This document shows positions 19,150-27,677 of a stretch of DNA of 64,000 nt, piece by piece. Below the pieces are notes generated by a model. The model was given only the letters and a program-made list of their open reading frames with translations, searched no databases and had not been told where the DNA came from. Position 1 is the stretch's first letter. Every line of letters starts with the position of its first letter. The DNA is from Candidatus Latescibacterota bacterium (GTDB lineage Bacteria > Latescibacterota > UBA2968 > UBA8231): contig OZ242318.1 of the NCBI GenBank assembly GCA_965208105.1, forward strand, positions 3,584,001 through 3,648,000, given 5' to 3'. The translations under genes and the position numbers were made by a program.

Positions 19150-19660
19150 TCACGCGCAGGCGTAATCGACGGCCGTGTACCGATAGCGCCTGATTTGGCC
19201 AGGGAAGGCAAGAAACTTGACTTCGATCTGCACGTGGCGTCCAGGTACTTGCTTTTCCTACCGTTTCACCACCTGCTTGGCCATGCTGGTGCGTTTGTGG
19301 ACAGTACTGGGCAGCCGTTGGAGTCCATTTCGGGAGAGGGTGCCGCGCACGCCTCTTTCGGAGGTCTCCATCCCGTGGCAGCGTTGCAGATACCGAGAAA
19401 TACGCTGGTCTCCCGAGTGATAGGTACGTCGCAGGTGGAGTTTTTTCTCGATCACCGGGGCGATACGCCAGGACGGGTTTCGGGGACCTGGCCTGCGGTT
19501 GATCAGGCTCTTTTCTCCGTACTTTCGGCTCTGCCTCCTACAACAGTAGTATCTCTCTTGGGAGATCTCGAAGTATTGACAGGTCTTGGACACATTGCCC
19601 GTTGAGCAAGCATGCTCCAAGACCCTGAATTTACAACGGATATCCTTCTTCCTGGGTCAT
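19150..19660 (-). mobile_element. IS481-family transposase remnant (pseudogene)
   Basis: GGAG RBS, then ATG 19660 MTQEE, a frameshift, DIRCKFRVLEHACSTGNVSKTCQYFEIS (HTH) and KR*EKQVPGRHVQIEVKFL...YRYTAVD. The stop replaces Tyr, the first catalytic Asp is Glu, and the gene is truncated. Confidence 0.85.
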
Positions 19661-19783
19661 GCTCGACTCCTTGCTCACAGAAATGGTAAATACAAAATCA
19701 GTCAGGAGAAATCGAGCTTGTTTTACTCAGCGCCCAGCGGTAATCAGATGATGGGCGATAAATTTCACCCGACAAGAAGCGCA

Positions 19784-21997
19784 ATGGGTCAACGCAAGGT
19801 GGTCATGAGTATGTTATTTTTTTGTCTCGGATCCACCTGGTTAGGCGCGCTTCCTTCGCTTGCAGCTGAGCGGCCCCGTGTCGCGCTAGTGCTGAGTGGA
19901 GGTGGGGCACGTGGGGGGGCGCATATCGGTGTGCTGCGCGTACTCGAACGCGAAGGTGTCCCTATTGATCTGATCGTGGGGGTGAGTTATGGCGCTTTGG
20001 TGGGTGGATTGTATGCTGCCGGATATTCTGTCGAGGATGTCCAACGCGTTATTGTAGAAACAGACTGGTGGGAAATAACCAGCAACAGCCCGGACCGCCA
20101 GCTGTCAAATATGATCCGAAAACCAATGGTCGATCGTCAGATGCTTGCATTGCACCTTGATGAACTGAAATTGAAATTGCCATATGGGATATTTGCCGGG
20201 CAAAAAATCCATCATTTTCTTAATCAATTGACCCTCGGCGCAACTTATCGGGCACGAAATGATTTTGATCAACTTCCAACCCCTTTTCGCGCAATTGCAA
20301 CAGATATTTTATCCGGTGAACAAGTCGTGATCAATAACGGCTCTCTGGGCGCTGCTATCAGGGCCAGTATTTCCGTTCCAGGAGTTTTTGCGCCCATTAG
20401 TACAGAACATACGCACCTTGTAGATGGCGGCATTGTCAATAATCTGCCTGTGGATGTTGCATTGAACGCCGGCGCTGATTTTGTAATTGCCGTGGATTGC
20501 GCCACGCCCCTGCGCAGTGAAAAACACCAAATTCAGGATATTATCGACGTCATCGATCAAGCGGTCAGTTTCCGAATTGAAGAAAGAAAAATTGCAAACC
20601 GAAAACTCTCCCATGTATTGATATTGCCTGACCTGCACAATTTCGACGCAGGCGATTTCAATCGGTCGTATACCTTGATCCCCATTGGCGAAAGGGCAAC
20701 CGAAAAACATTTGGATTCCATTTGGGGGAAACTACAGACACTTGGAATTCCAAAACGCGTCGGAAAGCCCAGAACATCCAAATTGCCAGTTGAATTTGGC
20801 GTCAGAGCATGGGCGGATATTCCTCCGGATATTGTTGTTGACCGGGTTCGGATAGAAGGTGTAAATCGCTATTCCGAAGCGTTGTTCAGGTTACGGTTGG
20901 AAAGGTTTGTCAACAAGCCTATATCCTTTCAGGAGCTGGAACGCGAGTCCGGGCGGTTGTATGCGACTGGATTGTTTCAAACGGTAGATTACCATGTTAT
21001 CTATCACGAAGGGCAGACCGAGTTGGTTTTTCACGTCTTGGAGAACCCTCCCAGCGAGTTGAAAGTCGGGATTCACTACAACAACGATTACCGAGTATCG
21101 ATATTGGGCGAGTATGCTCATCAAAATACCCTTGGGCGCATATCGGAGCTTTATCTTCGGGGTTTGGTAGGCAATTTGAATTTTGTTGAAATGGTCTTGA
21201 TTTTCCGTTCATTCAAGCGCTTCGGTTTGTTCGGGGAGGTTCAGCGTTGGGATCAAGAGCGGTTCTATTTTCAAAATCGCCAACGTGAGGGCGGGTACGA
21301 GGAAAGACGTGTCCACGCACGGCTTGGATTGCAGGCATTGTTCCACAGTTGGGGTGGTTTAAGGGTTGGGTACCAGGTGGAGCATGCCAGAATCCGCTAT
21401 GCGTTGCGTTCAATAGGCAATGCGTCAGAATATCTGCCCGGTATTTGGTTGTCCGCAGGGATTGACACGCGAGACGATGCGTTCCTGCCGAAGCGAGGCA
21501 TTTATTTTCAATCTTGGGGTAAAATGATTCATCGAACGTTTTCGCATAGGCAATTTCAAACGCAACTCGCCTTCTTCGCCAGTCCCCTTTCGCGATGGAG
21601 TATGGGCATCTGGTCCTACGGAGGGTATATGACCCAGCCTGCACCGATTTTTGAATATTTCCAATTGGGTGGTGCAGGACACTTCAGTGGCGGGGCATTG
21701 CCGGTAGTCGGTCTGAAACAAGATGAACTGAGGGTTTCCCGGTTCGCATCGATCGGCATATCAGTATGGAGACATGTTAAATTTTTTCAATCTCTGCCAC
21801 GGAGTGGTGTCGGGGTTTTCTATCAGGGCGGTCTATACCATATGGATTCTGATCCGGGGCAAGATTATTCCCCTATTCACGGATTCGGAATTGGGGGTTA
21901 CATCAGCACAACTCTATTGGGTCCCATTCGCGTTGATATCGAGAGTACGGAAAAAAAGGATATAAAGATTAATGCCGCTGTCGGATTTGCGCTTTGA
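19784..21997 (+). CDS. patatin-like phospholipase - POTRA - Omp85 barrel (PlpD / type Vd architecture); start approximate
   Basis: Signal peptide; LSGGGARGGAHIG; GVSYG nucleophile elbow; LVDGG; one POTRA-like unit (VRIEGV...RLYATGLFQTV); C-terminal barrel (GIDTRDDAFLPKRG...TLLGPIRVD). The ORF-track start at 19586 lies inside the IS remnant. Confidence 0.88.
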   Translation: MGQRKVVMSMLFFCLGSTWLGALPSLAAERPRVALVLSGGGARGGAHIGVLRVLEREGVPIDLIVGVSYGALVGGLYAAGYSVEDVQRVIVETDWWEITSNSPDRQLSNMIRKPMVDRQMLALHLDELKLKLPYGIFAGQKIHHFLNQLTLGATYRARNDFDQLPTPFRAIATDILSGEQVVINNGSLGAAIRASISVPGVFAPISTEHTHLVDGGIVNNLPVDVALNAGADFVIAVDCATPLRSEKHQIQDIIDVIDQAVSFRIEERKIANRKLSHVLILPDLHNFDAGDFNRSYTLIPIGERATEKHLDSIWGKLQTLGIPKRVGKPRTSKLPVEFGVRAWADIPPDIVVDRVRIEGVNRYSEALFRLRLERFVNKPISFQELERESGRLYATGLFQTVDYHVIYHEGQTELVFHVLENPPSELKVGIHYNNDYRVSILGEYAHQNTLGRISELYLRGLVGNLNFVEMVLIFRSFKRFGLFGEVQRWDQERFYFQNRQREGGYEERRVHARLGLQALFHSWGGLRVGYQVEHARIRYALRSIGNASEYLPGIWLSAGIDTRDDAFLPKRGIYFQSWGKMIHRTFSHRQFQTQLAFFASPLSRWSMGIWSYGGYMTQPAPIFEYFQLGGAGHFSGGALPVVGLKQDELRVSRFASIGISVWRHVKFFQSLPRSGVGVFYQGGLYHMDSDPGQDYSPIHGFGIGGYISTTLLGPIRVDIESTEKKDIKINAAVGFAL

Positions 21998-22087
21998 TGT
22001 CAAGGTTAATTCTTTTTGCGTGGTGGGGTGTTGCCATTCGTGCGGGTTGAGGTTGACCGAATCACCCAGATAGCGAAAAGGACGAGA

Positions 22088-24793
22088 GTGGTATTTTCCA
22101 AGGTGAATCCCCTTTCTTTTCTGCTTGTGCTCGTTTTTTCTTTTCCTGCGACAGGAGAACAGCAGAAAGATTCAGTTCCCCCCGGATGGCGGATTCACCG
22201 CTCCGTCCCTCCCCCAGGCGCCACGACTCACGTTGTGGTTCCGGGGGAAAGGTTTCGCGCCGGCTCCTTCAAACGCTGGTTCTACGGCAGCGACTATCGG
22301 GATCTCTGGACAACTCCCATCGAGGTCGAGGTTATCGACCTCGGCAGCGTCGGAGGCGGCCTGACGCCGCTGCGCACCGGCGGATTCGGGCAGTCCATCT
22401 CCCTTCATTTTACCGGGGAGGACGGTCGCCGCTATACGGTCCGCTCCTTGGACAAGGACCCCACCAAAAAGATATGGGACGTGCTCAAGGGCACGATCGC
22501 CGACGACCTTCTCCAGGATCTGATCGCCGCTCTTCTGCCGGCCGGGGCGCTGGTGACCGATCCGCTGATGGCGGCGGCGGGGATCCTCCATTCCGAACAC
22601 ACCCTCGTCGTCATTCCCGACGATCCCAGGCTGGGGGAGTACCGCCAGGAATTCGCCGGCCTGATCGGGACGCTGCAGGAACACCCTTCCGAAGGGGTGG
22701 ACGATACTCCCGGCTTTGCCAAGTCCCGCAAGATCAGCGGGACGGAGAAGCTGTGGAAACGCCTGGAAAAGAGCCCATGCAACCGGGTCGATGCCCGGGC
22801 CTACCTGAATGCCAGGCTCATGGACTTTCTCATTGGGGACAAGGACCGCCATTTCGGTCAGTGGAGGTGGGCGCGGTTCCCGGACGGGGATCGCCATACA
22901 TGGCTTCCCATACCGGAGGACCGGGACCAGGCTTTCATCGACCTCGACGGGTTTGCCATGGCCGTGGCTCGCAGGGGCCTTCCAAGGCAGATCGAATTTG
23001 GTGTCAGTTATCCGAATGTAGTGGGTTTGTCGATCACGGGCTGGGAGATAGATCGAGAGTTTCTGGTTGAGCTCGACAAGGCAGCGTGGGATTCGGTGGT
23101 GACGGAGTTCCAGGGCTCCCTTCCCGACCCGGTCATCGAGGAGGCGGTGAGAAGGCTCCCGCAGCCGTATTACGAGATGGTCGGGGAAGACTTGGCCAGG
23201 GCGCTGAAGTCGAGGCGGGACGCCTTGCCTGGATTTATCGACCGCTACTACGAGCTGATTACCCGAGAGGTCGAAATCCAGGCCACCGACAAGGACGAGT
23301 ACGCCTGGTGCGAGCATCTTCCGGGCGGCGACCTCGTGGTCCGCATCGGTCTGAGGGAAGGTCCCGGCGGGAGCAGAAAAGACCCCTACTTCCAGCGGAC
23401 CTTTCGTCACCAGGAAACCCGGGAAGTGCGAATATACCTCAGAGGAGGAGCCGATCACGCCGAAGTATTGGGATCGAAAGGACGGATTGAGGTGCGGGTC
23501 GACGGCGGCGGGGGTGATGATACCTTCACGAACTCATCCCGGGCTGGACCCTCGAAGACCAGGTTCTACGATTATCGCGGAAAAAACCGGTTCGACAAGG
23601 GCAGGGGGGCGAAAGTCGACGAGAGCCCCTACAAGCGTCCTCCCCCGACTGTTCTGCGCGCACGCTACGCTTTGGATTGGGGCAGGGAGACCATTTCCTT
23701 CCCGATCTTCATGGTGACCCCGGATCTGGGTGTATTTGTTGGGGGTGTAGCCAGTAGGAAATACTTTGGGTATCGAAAGGATCCCTTCTCTTCAAGTCAC
23801 TCCATAAGGGTCGGGTTTGCCATGAATCGTCTCAAGCCCTCCGTATCCTATACCGGATCTTTCCGCAGGTCGCTGTTCGGCTTCGACGCTGAGGTCAATC
23901 TTATGTACTCCGGGCTCCAAGTGATCCGCTACAACGGACCCGGCAACCAAACCAGGGTCCGGCTTCCGGCATCCTTTTACGAGGTGGAGCAGAATCATTT
24001 CGCCTTGGCGCCATTCCTCCAGTTCAGCGCCAATTCGCATGAAGGGGTCGGATCTCACGGCGGCGTGAAGTCGACCAGGCAGAAGTTGACCTTCGGCCTG
24101 GGGCCCGTCGTCAAGTATTCCAACACGCCTCTGAGTTCGAACGAAGGCAAGTTCATCGTTTCCCAGGGTCACTCGGTATACGGCACCGGTTCCTTCGGCC
24201 AGGCTGGGGCACAAGGAGAAATCTCATACGACGACCGCGACAATTTGGGGTATCCCTCCCGGGGAATCCTGGTCAGGCTCGCCGGAGCGGTCTATCCGGG
24301 GATTTGGGATGTGGAATCGGCCTTCGCCAGCCTAGATGGGGAAACGCGTGCTTATCTCACCGCTCCAGTTCCCTTGAGGCCGACCCTTGCCTTGCGGGTG
24401 GGCGGCAAGAAATTATGGGGGACCTATCCCTACCAGGAGAGCGCCTTTCTGGGTGGTCCGGGCCTGATCGCCGGCGATGCATCGGGGGGCAGCTTGCGTG
24501 GTTTCCGAAAAAACCGGTTCGCAGGAGACATCTCCTTGTACGGAAATTCCGAGCTGCGCCTGGTTTTAGCGAAGATCAGGCTGTTGGTGCCCGGTGAGCT
24601 GGGCTTGTTCGCCGCGGCCGACGCCGGTCGGGTGATTTACTCCGAGGATCCGGACGATGCCGGAGGTTGGCACAGGGGGGTCGGAGGTGGATTGTGGATG
24701 TCTTTCCTCCAGCAGCGGCAGACCTTGAGCGTGGCGGCCGTAAGCGGCGATGACCTGACGGGAGTGTACGTTCGTGCTGGTCTCCCGTTTTAG
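22088..24793 (+). CDS. Omp85/BamA-TamA-type outer-membrane protein with an N-terminal atypical-kinase-like domain
   Basis: Signal peptide from GTG 22088. Kinase-like motifs GGFGQS, YTVRSLDK, DFLIGDKDRHFGQW and PIPEDRDQAF; then DGGGGDDTF. Barrel motifs YDDRDNLGYPSRG, LRGF and FAAADAGRV; terminal Phe. Confidence 0.8.
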   Translation: MVFSKVNPLSFLLVLVFSFPATGEQQKDSVPPGWRIHRSVPPPGATTHVVVPGERFRAGSFKRWFYGSDYRDLWTTPIEVEVIDLGSVGGGLTPLRTGGFGQSISLHFTGEDGRRYTVRSLDKDPTKKIWDVLKGTIADDLLQDLIAALLPAGALVTDPLMAAAGILHSEHTLVVIPDDPRLGEYRQEFAGLIGTLQEHPSEGVDDTPGFAKSRKISGTEKLWKRLEKSPCNRVDARAYLNARLMDFLIGDKDRHFGQWRWARFPDGDRHTWLPIPEDRDQAFIDLDGFAMAVARRGLPRQIEFGVSYPNVVGLSITGWEIDREFLVELDKAAWDSVVTEFQGSLPDPVIEEAVRRLPQPYYEMVGEDLARALKSRRDALPGFIDRYYELITREVEIQATDKDEYAWCEHLPGGDLVVRIGLREGPGGSRKDPYFQRTFRHQETREVRIYLRGGADHAEVLGSKGRIEVRVDGGGGDDTFTNSSRAGPSKTRFYDYRGKNRFDKGRGAKVDESPYKRPPPTVLRARYALDWGRETISFPIFMVTPDLGVFVGGVASRKYFGYRKDPFSSSHSIRVGFAMNRLKPSVSYTGSFRRSLFGFDAEVNLMYSGLQVIRYNGPGNQTRVRLPASFYEVEQNHFALAPFLQFSANSHEGVGSHGGVKSTRQKLTFGLGPVVKYSNTPLSSNEGKFIVSQGHSVYGTGSFGQAGAQGEISYDDRDNLGYPSRGILVRLAGAVYPGIWDVESAFASLDGETRAYLTAPVPLRPTLALRVGGKKLWGTYPYQESAFLGGPGLIAGDASGGSLRGFRKNRFAGDISLYGNSELRLVLAKIRLLVPGELGLFAAADAGRVIYSEDPDDAGGWHRGVGGGLWMSFLQQRQTLSVAAVSGDDLTGVYVRAGLPF

Positions 24794-24804
24794 CAAAAAG
24801 GAGG

Positions 24805-25755
24805 GTGCAATTGCTCCGTAACATTATCGTTCGTCTCGTGATTTACTACGCCGCATGGATGCTGGCTCTAAGCGGGATTTTTCATCTCTTTCCCCAGATC
24901 CTCTATTATGTCGCCCTGGAGCGCGAACGCATCTTCGTCGCCAAAGGCCTGGATCCCGGGACCGACACCGTTCCCTTTCCACTTGGGGATATCCAGGAAG
25001 GAGTTGCCCGGCTCGCCGATCCGGCACACACCATCCCGGTCGTGGTCGCCCTCGTTCTGGCTTTCGGAGTTACTCTCCCGGTCGCCTGGGTATACCGTTG
25101 GACGCGGCCGCGCAAAAAATACAATCAATCCTTTGCGCAGACCCTGCTCGTGGTGCCCGTCTCCATTGCCCTGGTTGTTTTTCTTGTCAAAGGCAGTCTT
25201 GCCCTTGCCTTCAGTCTGGCCGGCATCGTGGCTGCAGTCCGCTTCCGGACTACACTCGACGAGCCGATAGATGCCGTGTACATGTTTATGGCCATCGGCA
25301 TCGGCCTGGCCGCCGGAACTCAGCTTACGACCGTGGCCTACCTCTCATCGTTGTTTTTCGTTGCCATAGCGCTCGGTGTATGGAAGATCAATTTCGGATC
25401 GGAGCCTGCAGAAATATCAGGCTGGAGAATTGTCGAGTTAAAAAAATCGAGCCGGGAATCCGGAGCAGGGGGCCGATTCGCTACCGCTGGGAAACCATAC
25501 AACGCGCAAATTAGGGTGAACACCACTAAGGTGGAGCAGGCTCAAAGAGCAACGACTCTGATTCTGAAATCCAGAGCCAAGCGCTGGGAGGTGGCGGAGG
25601 TGATCAAGAACGCCGACGGAGCGGGCGTCGTTGTCTTTGAGGCCTGGTTGAAAAAGTCGGTCAACCCTCCTTCCTTCATCCGCGAAATCGAGGAAAGCGG
25701 AAAAGGCTATATCAACAACGTGAGACTGAAGAGGTACGAGCCTGCCAAGGCATAA
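24805..25755 (+). CDS. DUF4956-family membrane protein
   Basis: SLALAFSLAGIVAAVRFRT...D..Y.F.AIGIGLAAG is the DUF4956 pattern; soluble C-terminal domain; AGGAGG RBS. Confidence 0.85.
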   Translation: MQLLRNIIVRLVIYYAAWMLALSGIFHLFPQILYYVALERERIFVAKGLDPGTDTVPFPLGDIQEGVARLADPAHTIPVVVALVLAFGVTLPVAWVYRWTRPRKKYNQSFAQTLLVVPVSIALVVFLVKGSLALAFSLAGIVAAVRFRTTLDEPIDAVYMFMAIGIGLAAGTQLTTVAYLSSLFFVAIALGVWKINFGSEPAEISGWRIVELKKSSRESGAGGRFATAGKPYNAQIRVNTTKVEQAQRATTLILKSRAKRWEVAEVIKNADGAGVVVFEAWLKKSVNPPSFIREIEESGKGYINNVRLKRYEPAKA

Positions 25756-25761
25756 TCGAAA

Positions 25762-26733
25762 ATGCGGAATAGAGGAGATAAATTTCTGCTGGCCTTCCTT
25801 GGTGCCGGCGTTTTGGTTTACCTGATTTCCTTAGGCGTTGAAGAGGATTCGTCGGCAGGTTTGGATGAGGATTTGACAACTCCGGATCCGGAATCTTCAA
25901 TGGTCCGCGCCTGGGCCGATAGCAAGACGGAATCACAAAGGGAGATTTCCCTCCAAGGTTACAGCCTGCAGGCAGAGACCGCAACCCACTGGAAGCTGCC
26001 CGGGCGTCTAGTGGAAATTTCCGGTCTGGCAATGACCGTGAACAATCGACTTCTCGCACACAATGATGAAAGAGGGATAATTTACGAGATTGACTATCGG
26101 AATAAGTCCATTGTCAAGGCGTTCCAACTGGCGGATACGGAGAACCCGGTTGCAGATGATTTTGAGGGTATTGCGACCGCCGACGGTCAGGTCTACCTGG
26201 TCACAAGTTTGGGGCGGCTGTACGAATGCAGAGAGGGAACCGGTGGCGAGTCGGTCCTCTACAACATCTATACTACCGGAGTCGGGAGAGAATGCGAAAT
26301 AGAGGGCTTGGCCTACGACCAAAGCCAGCGTGCGCTTTTGCTGATGTGCAAGGGACCCAGGAGTGCAGACCTGGAAGGACAGCTAGTTGTATATCATTGG
26401 TCGATTGACGACAAACAACTACTGAATGACGCACGCACCATCATACCTATGATTGAATTCTCCCGGCATCTCGGGGAAAGGAAGTTCCATCCTTCCGGAA
26501 TCGAACGCCACCCTGGGTCAGGAAATTACTATGTCGTTGCTGCCCGTCAGGGAGCCATTGCGGAGATTGAGTCGGGTGGTCAAGTGGTCTCGGTCAGGCG
26601 GTTCACTGCACCGTGGCATCGTCAGGTTGAAGGCATTACCTTCGCTGCAGACAACACATTGATCGTTGCTGACGAAGGCGCCGGGGGAAAGGCGAGACTG
26701 ACTCTTTACCCGGTGTCGGTCCGGGGGCAGTAG
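25762..26733 (+). CDS. SdiA-regulated (YjiK-like) beta-propeller protein
   Basis: N-terminal anchor; repeated blade motifs EISGLA, HNDERG, DFEGIA, EIEGLAY, HPSGIE and QVEGITF...VADEG. Confidence 0.8.
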   Translation: MRNRGDKFLLAFLGAGVLVYLISLGVEEDSSAGLDEDLTTPDPESSMVRAWADSKTESQREISLQGYSLQAETATHWKLPGRLVEISGLAMTVNNRLLAHNDERGIIYEIDYRNKSIVKAFQLADTENPVADDFEGIATADGQVYLVTSLGRLYECREGTGGESVLYNIYTTGVGRECEIEGLAYDQSQRALLLMCKGPRSADLEGQLVVYHWSIDDKQLLNDARTIIPMIEFSRHLGERKFHPSGIERHPGSGNYYVVAARQGAIAEIESGGQVVSVRRFTAPWHRQVEGITFAADNTLIVADEGAGGKARLTLYPVSVRGQ

Positions 26734-26770
26734 CGGCAACTTCTCATAAGCGATCCCCCAATTTACATCC

Positions 26771-27661
26771 CTAGGTCAGCCCGTAGATGCGCACGGCATT
26801 GTCGTGCAGCAGCTTTCTGCGCTCTTCCTCGCTGCGGTCGGCGATGATCTCCACAAGCGCCGCGACCCATTCGCGATAGGAGGCTCCCAGGGTGCAGACG
26901 GGCCAGTCGCCGCCGAAGACGACGCGGTCGGGGCCGAAGCAGTCGAGGCAGTGGTCGACGCTGGGAGCCAGGTCCGCGGCGGTCCACCCTTCTCGGGCGC
27001 GGGCGACGATCCCGGAGATCTTGCAGGTCAGGTTCTCCCTTTTGCCCAGTTCCTCGATATCGCTCATCCACTGCCCGCGCGAGTGCAGGTAGGTGCCGTC
27101 GCCGGGCTCGGGGTCGCGGCCGGCCACTATGTTGGGATCGGCGTTGCCGCAGTGATCGAGAATGAACCGGGTGCCGGGACACTGGTCGACGAGGGCGCCC
27201 GCGTCGCTCAACTCGGCCGGGCGCAGGCACAGGTCGAAGAGCAGGCCGGATTCTCCCAGGTAGCGGACGTCCTCGACGAACGCCGGTTCGAGACAGATTC
27301 CCGGCGGATGTTCCGGGGCGTGGAGTACCTGCCGCACCCCTTTGAAGCTCGAGTTCCCCCTGAAACGGTCGATATAGTCCCGGAAACCCTCCCTGGCAGG
27401 GAAGCCGGAGAGGACGGCGCCGCAGGTGGGGTTGTCGTCGCGGCCGCACAGGTCGAGGACGTAGTCGGCTTCGGCGGCCTTCAGCGCGGGCAGGGCGTCC
27501 ACCTCCATGTATACGGCTTTTACCACGTTCAGGTCCCTGGTGGCCTCGAGGTAGTCGGCGGTCACGTAGCTCCTGTTCAAGGTCCCCGAGCCCGCGGTCC
27601 AGGCCATCGAGATCCTGTCCAGGTCCCAGAGATGCTGGTGGGTGTCGACGATGGGAAGCAT
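26771..27661 (-). CDS. amidohydrolase_2 family (sugar-lactonase / L-fuconolactonase-like)
   Basis: IVDTHQHLWD, KGVR, ILDHCG, KISG, FGGDWPVC. AGGAGG RBS. Confidence 0.88.
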   Translation of the reverse strand: MLPIVDTHQHLWDLDRISMAWTAGSGTLNRSYVTADYLEATRDLNVVKAVYMEVDALPALKAAEADYVLDLCGRDDNPTCGAVLSGFPAREGFRDYIDRFRGNSSFKGVRQVLHAPEHPPGICLEPAFVEDVRYLGESGLLFDLCLRPAELSDAGALVDQCPGTRFILDHCGNADPNIVAGRDPEPGDGTYLHSRGQWMSDIEELGKRENLTCKISGIVARAREGWTAADLAPSVDHCLDCFGPDRVVFGGDWPVCTLGASYREWVAALVEIIADRSEEERRKLLHDNAVRIYGLT

Positions 27662-27677
27662 GTCTCTTTTTCCTCCT

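Noticed and set aside
19586-19783. ORF-track N-terminal extension of the patatin gene
   Set aside because: It overlaps the IS481 remnant and lies before the signal peptide, so it is unlikely to be translated.
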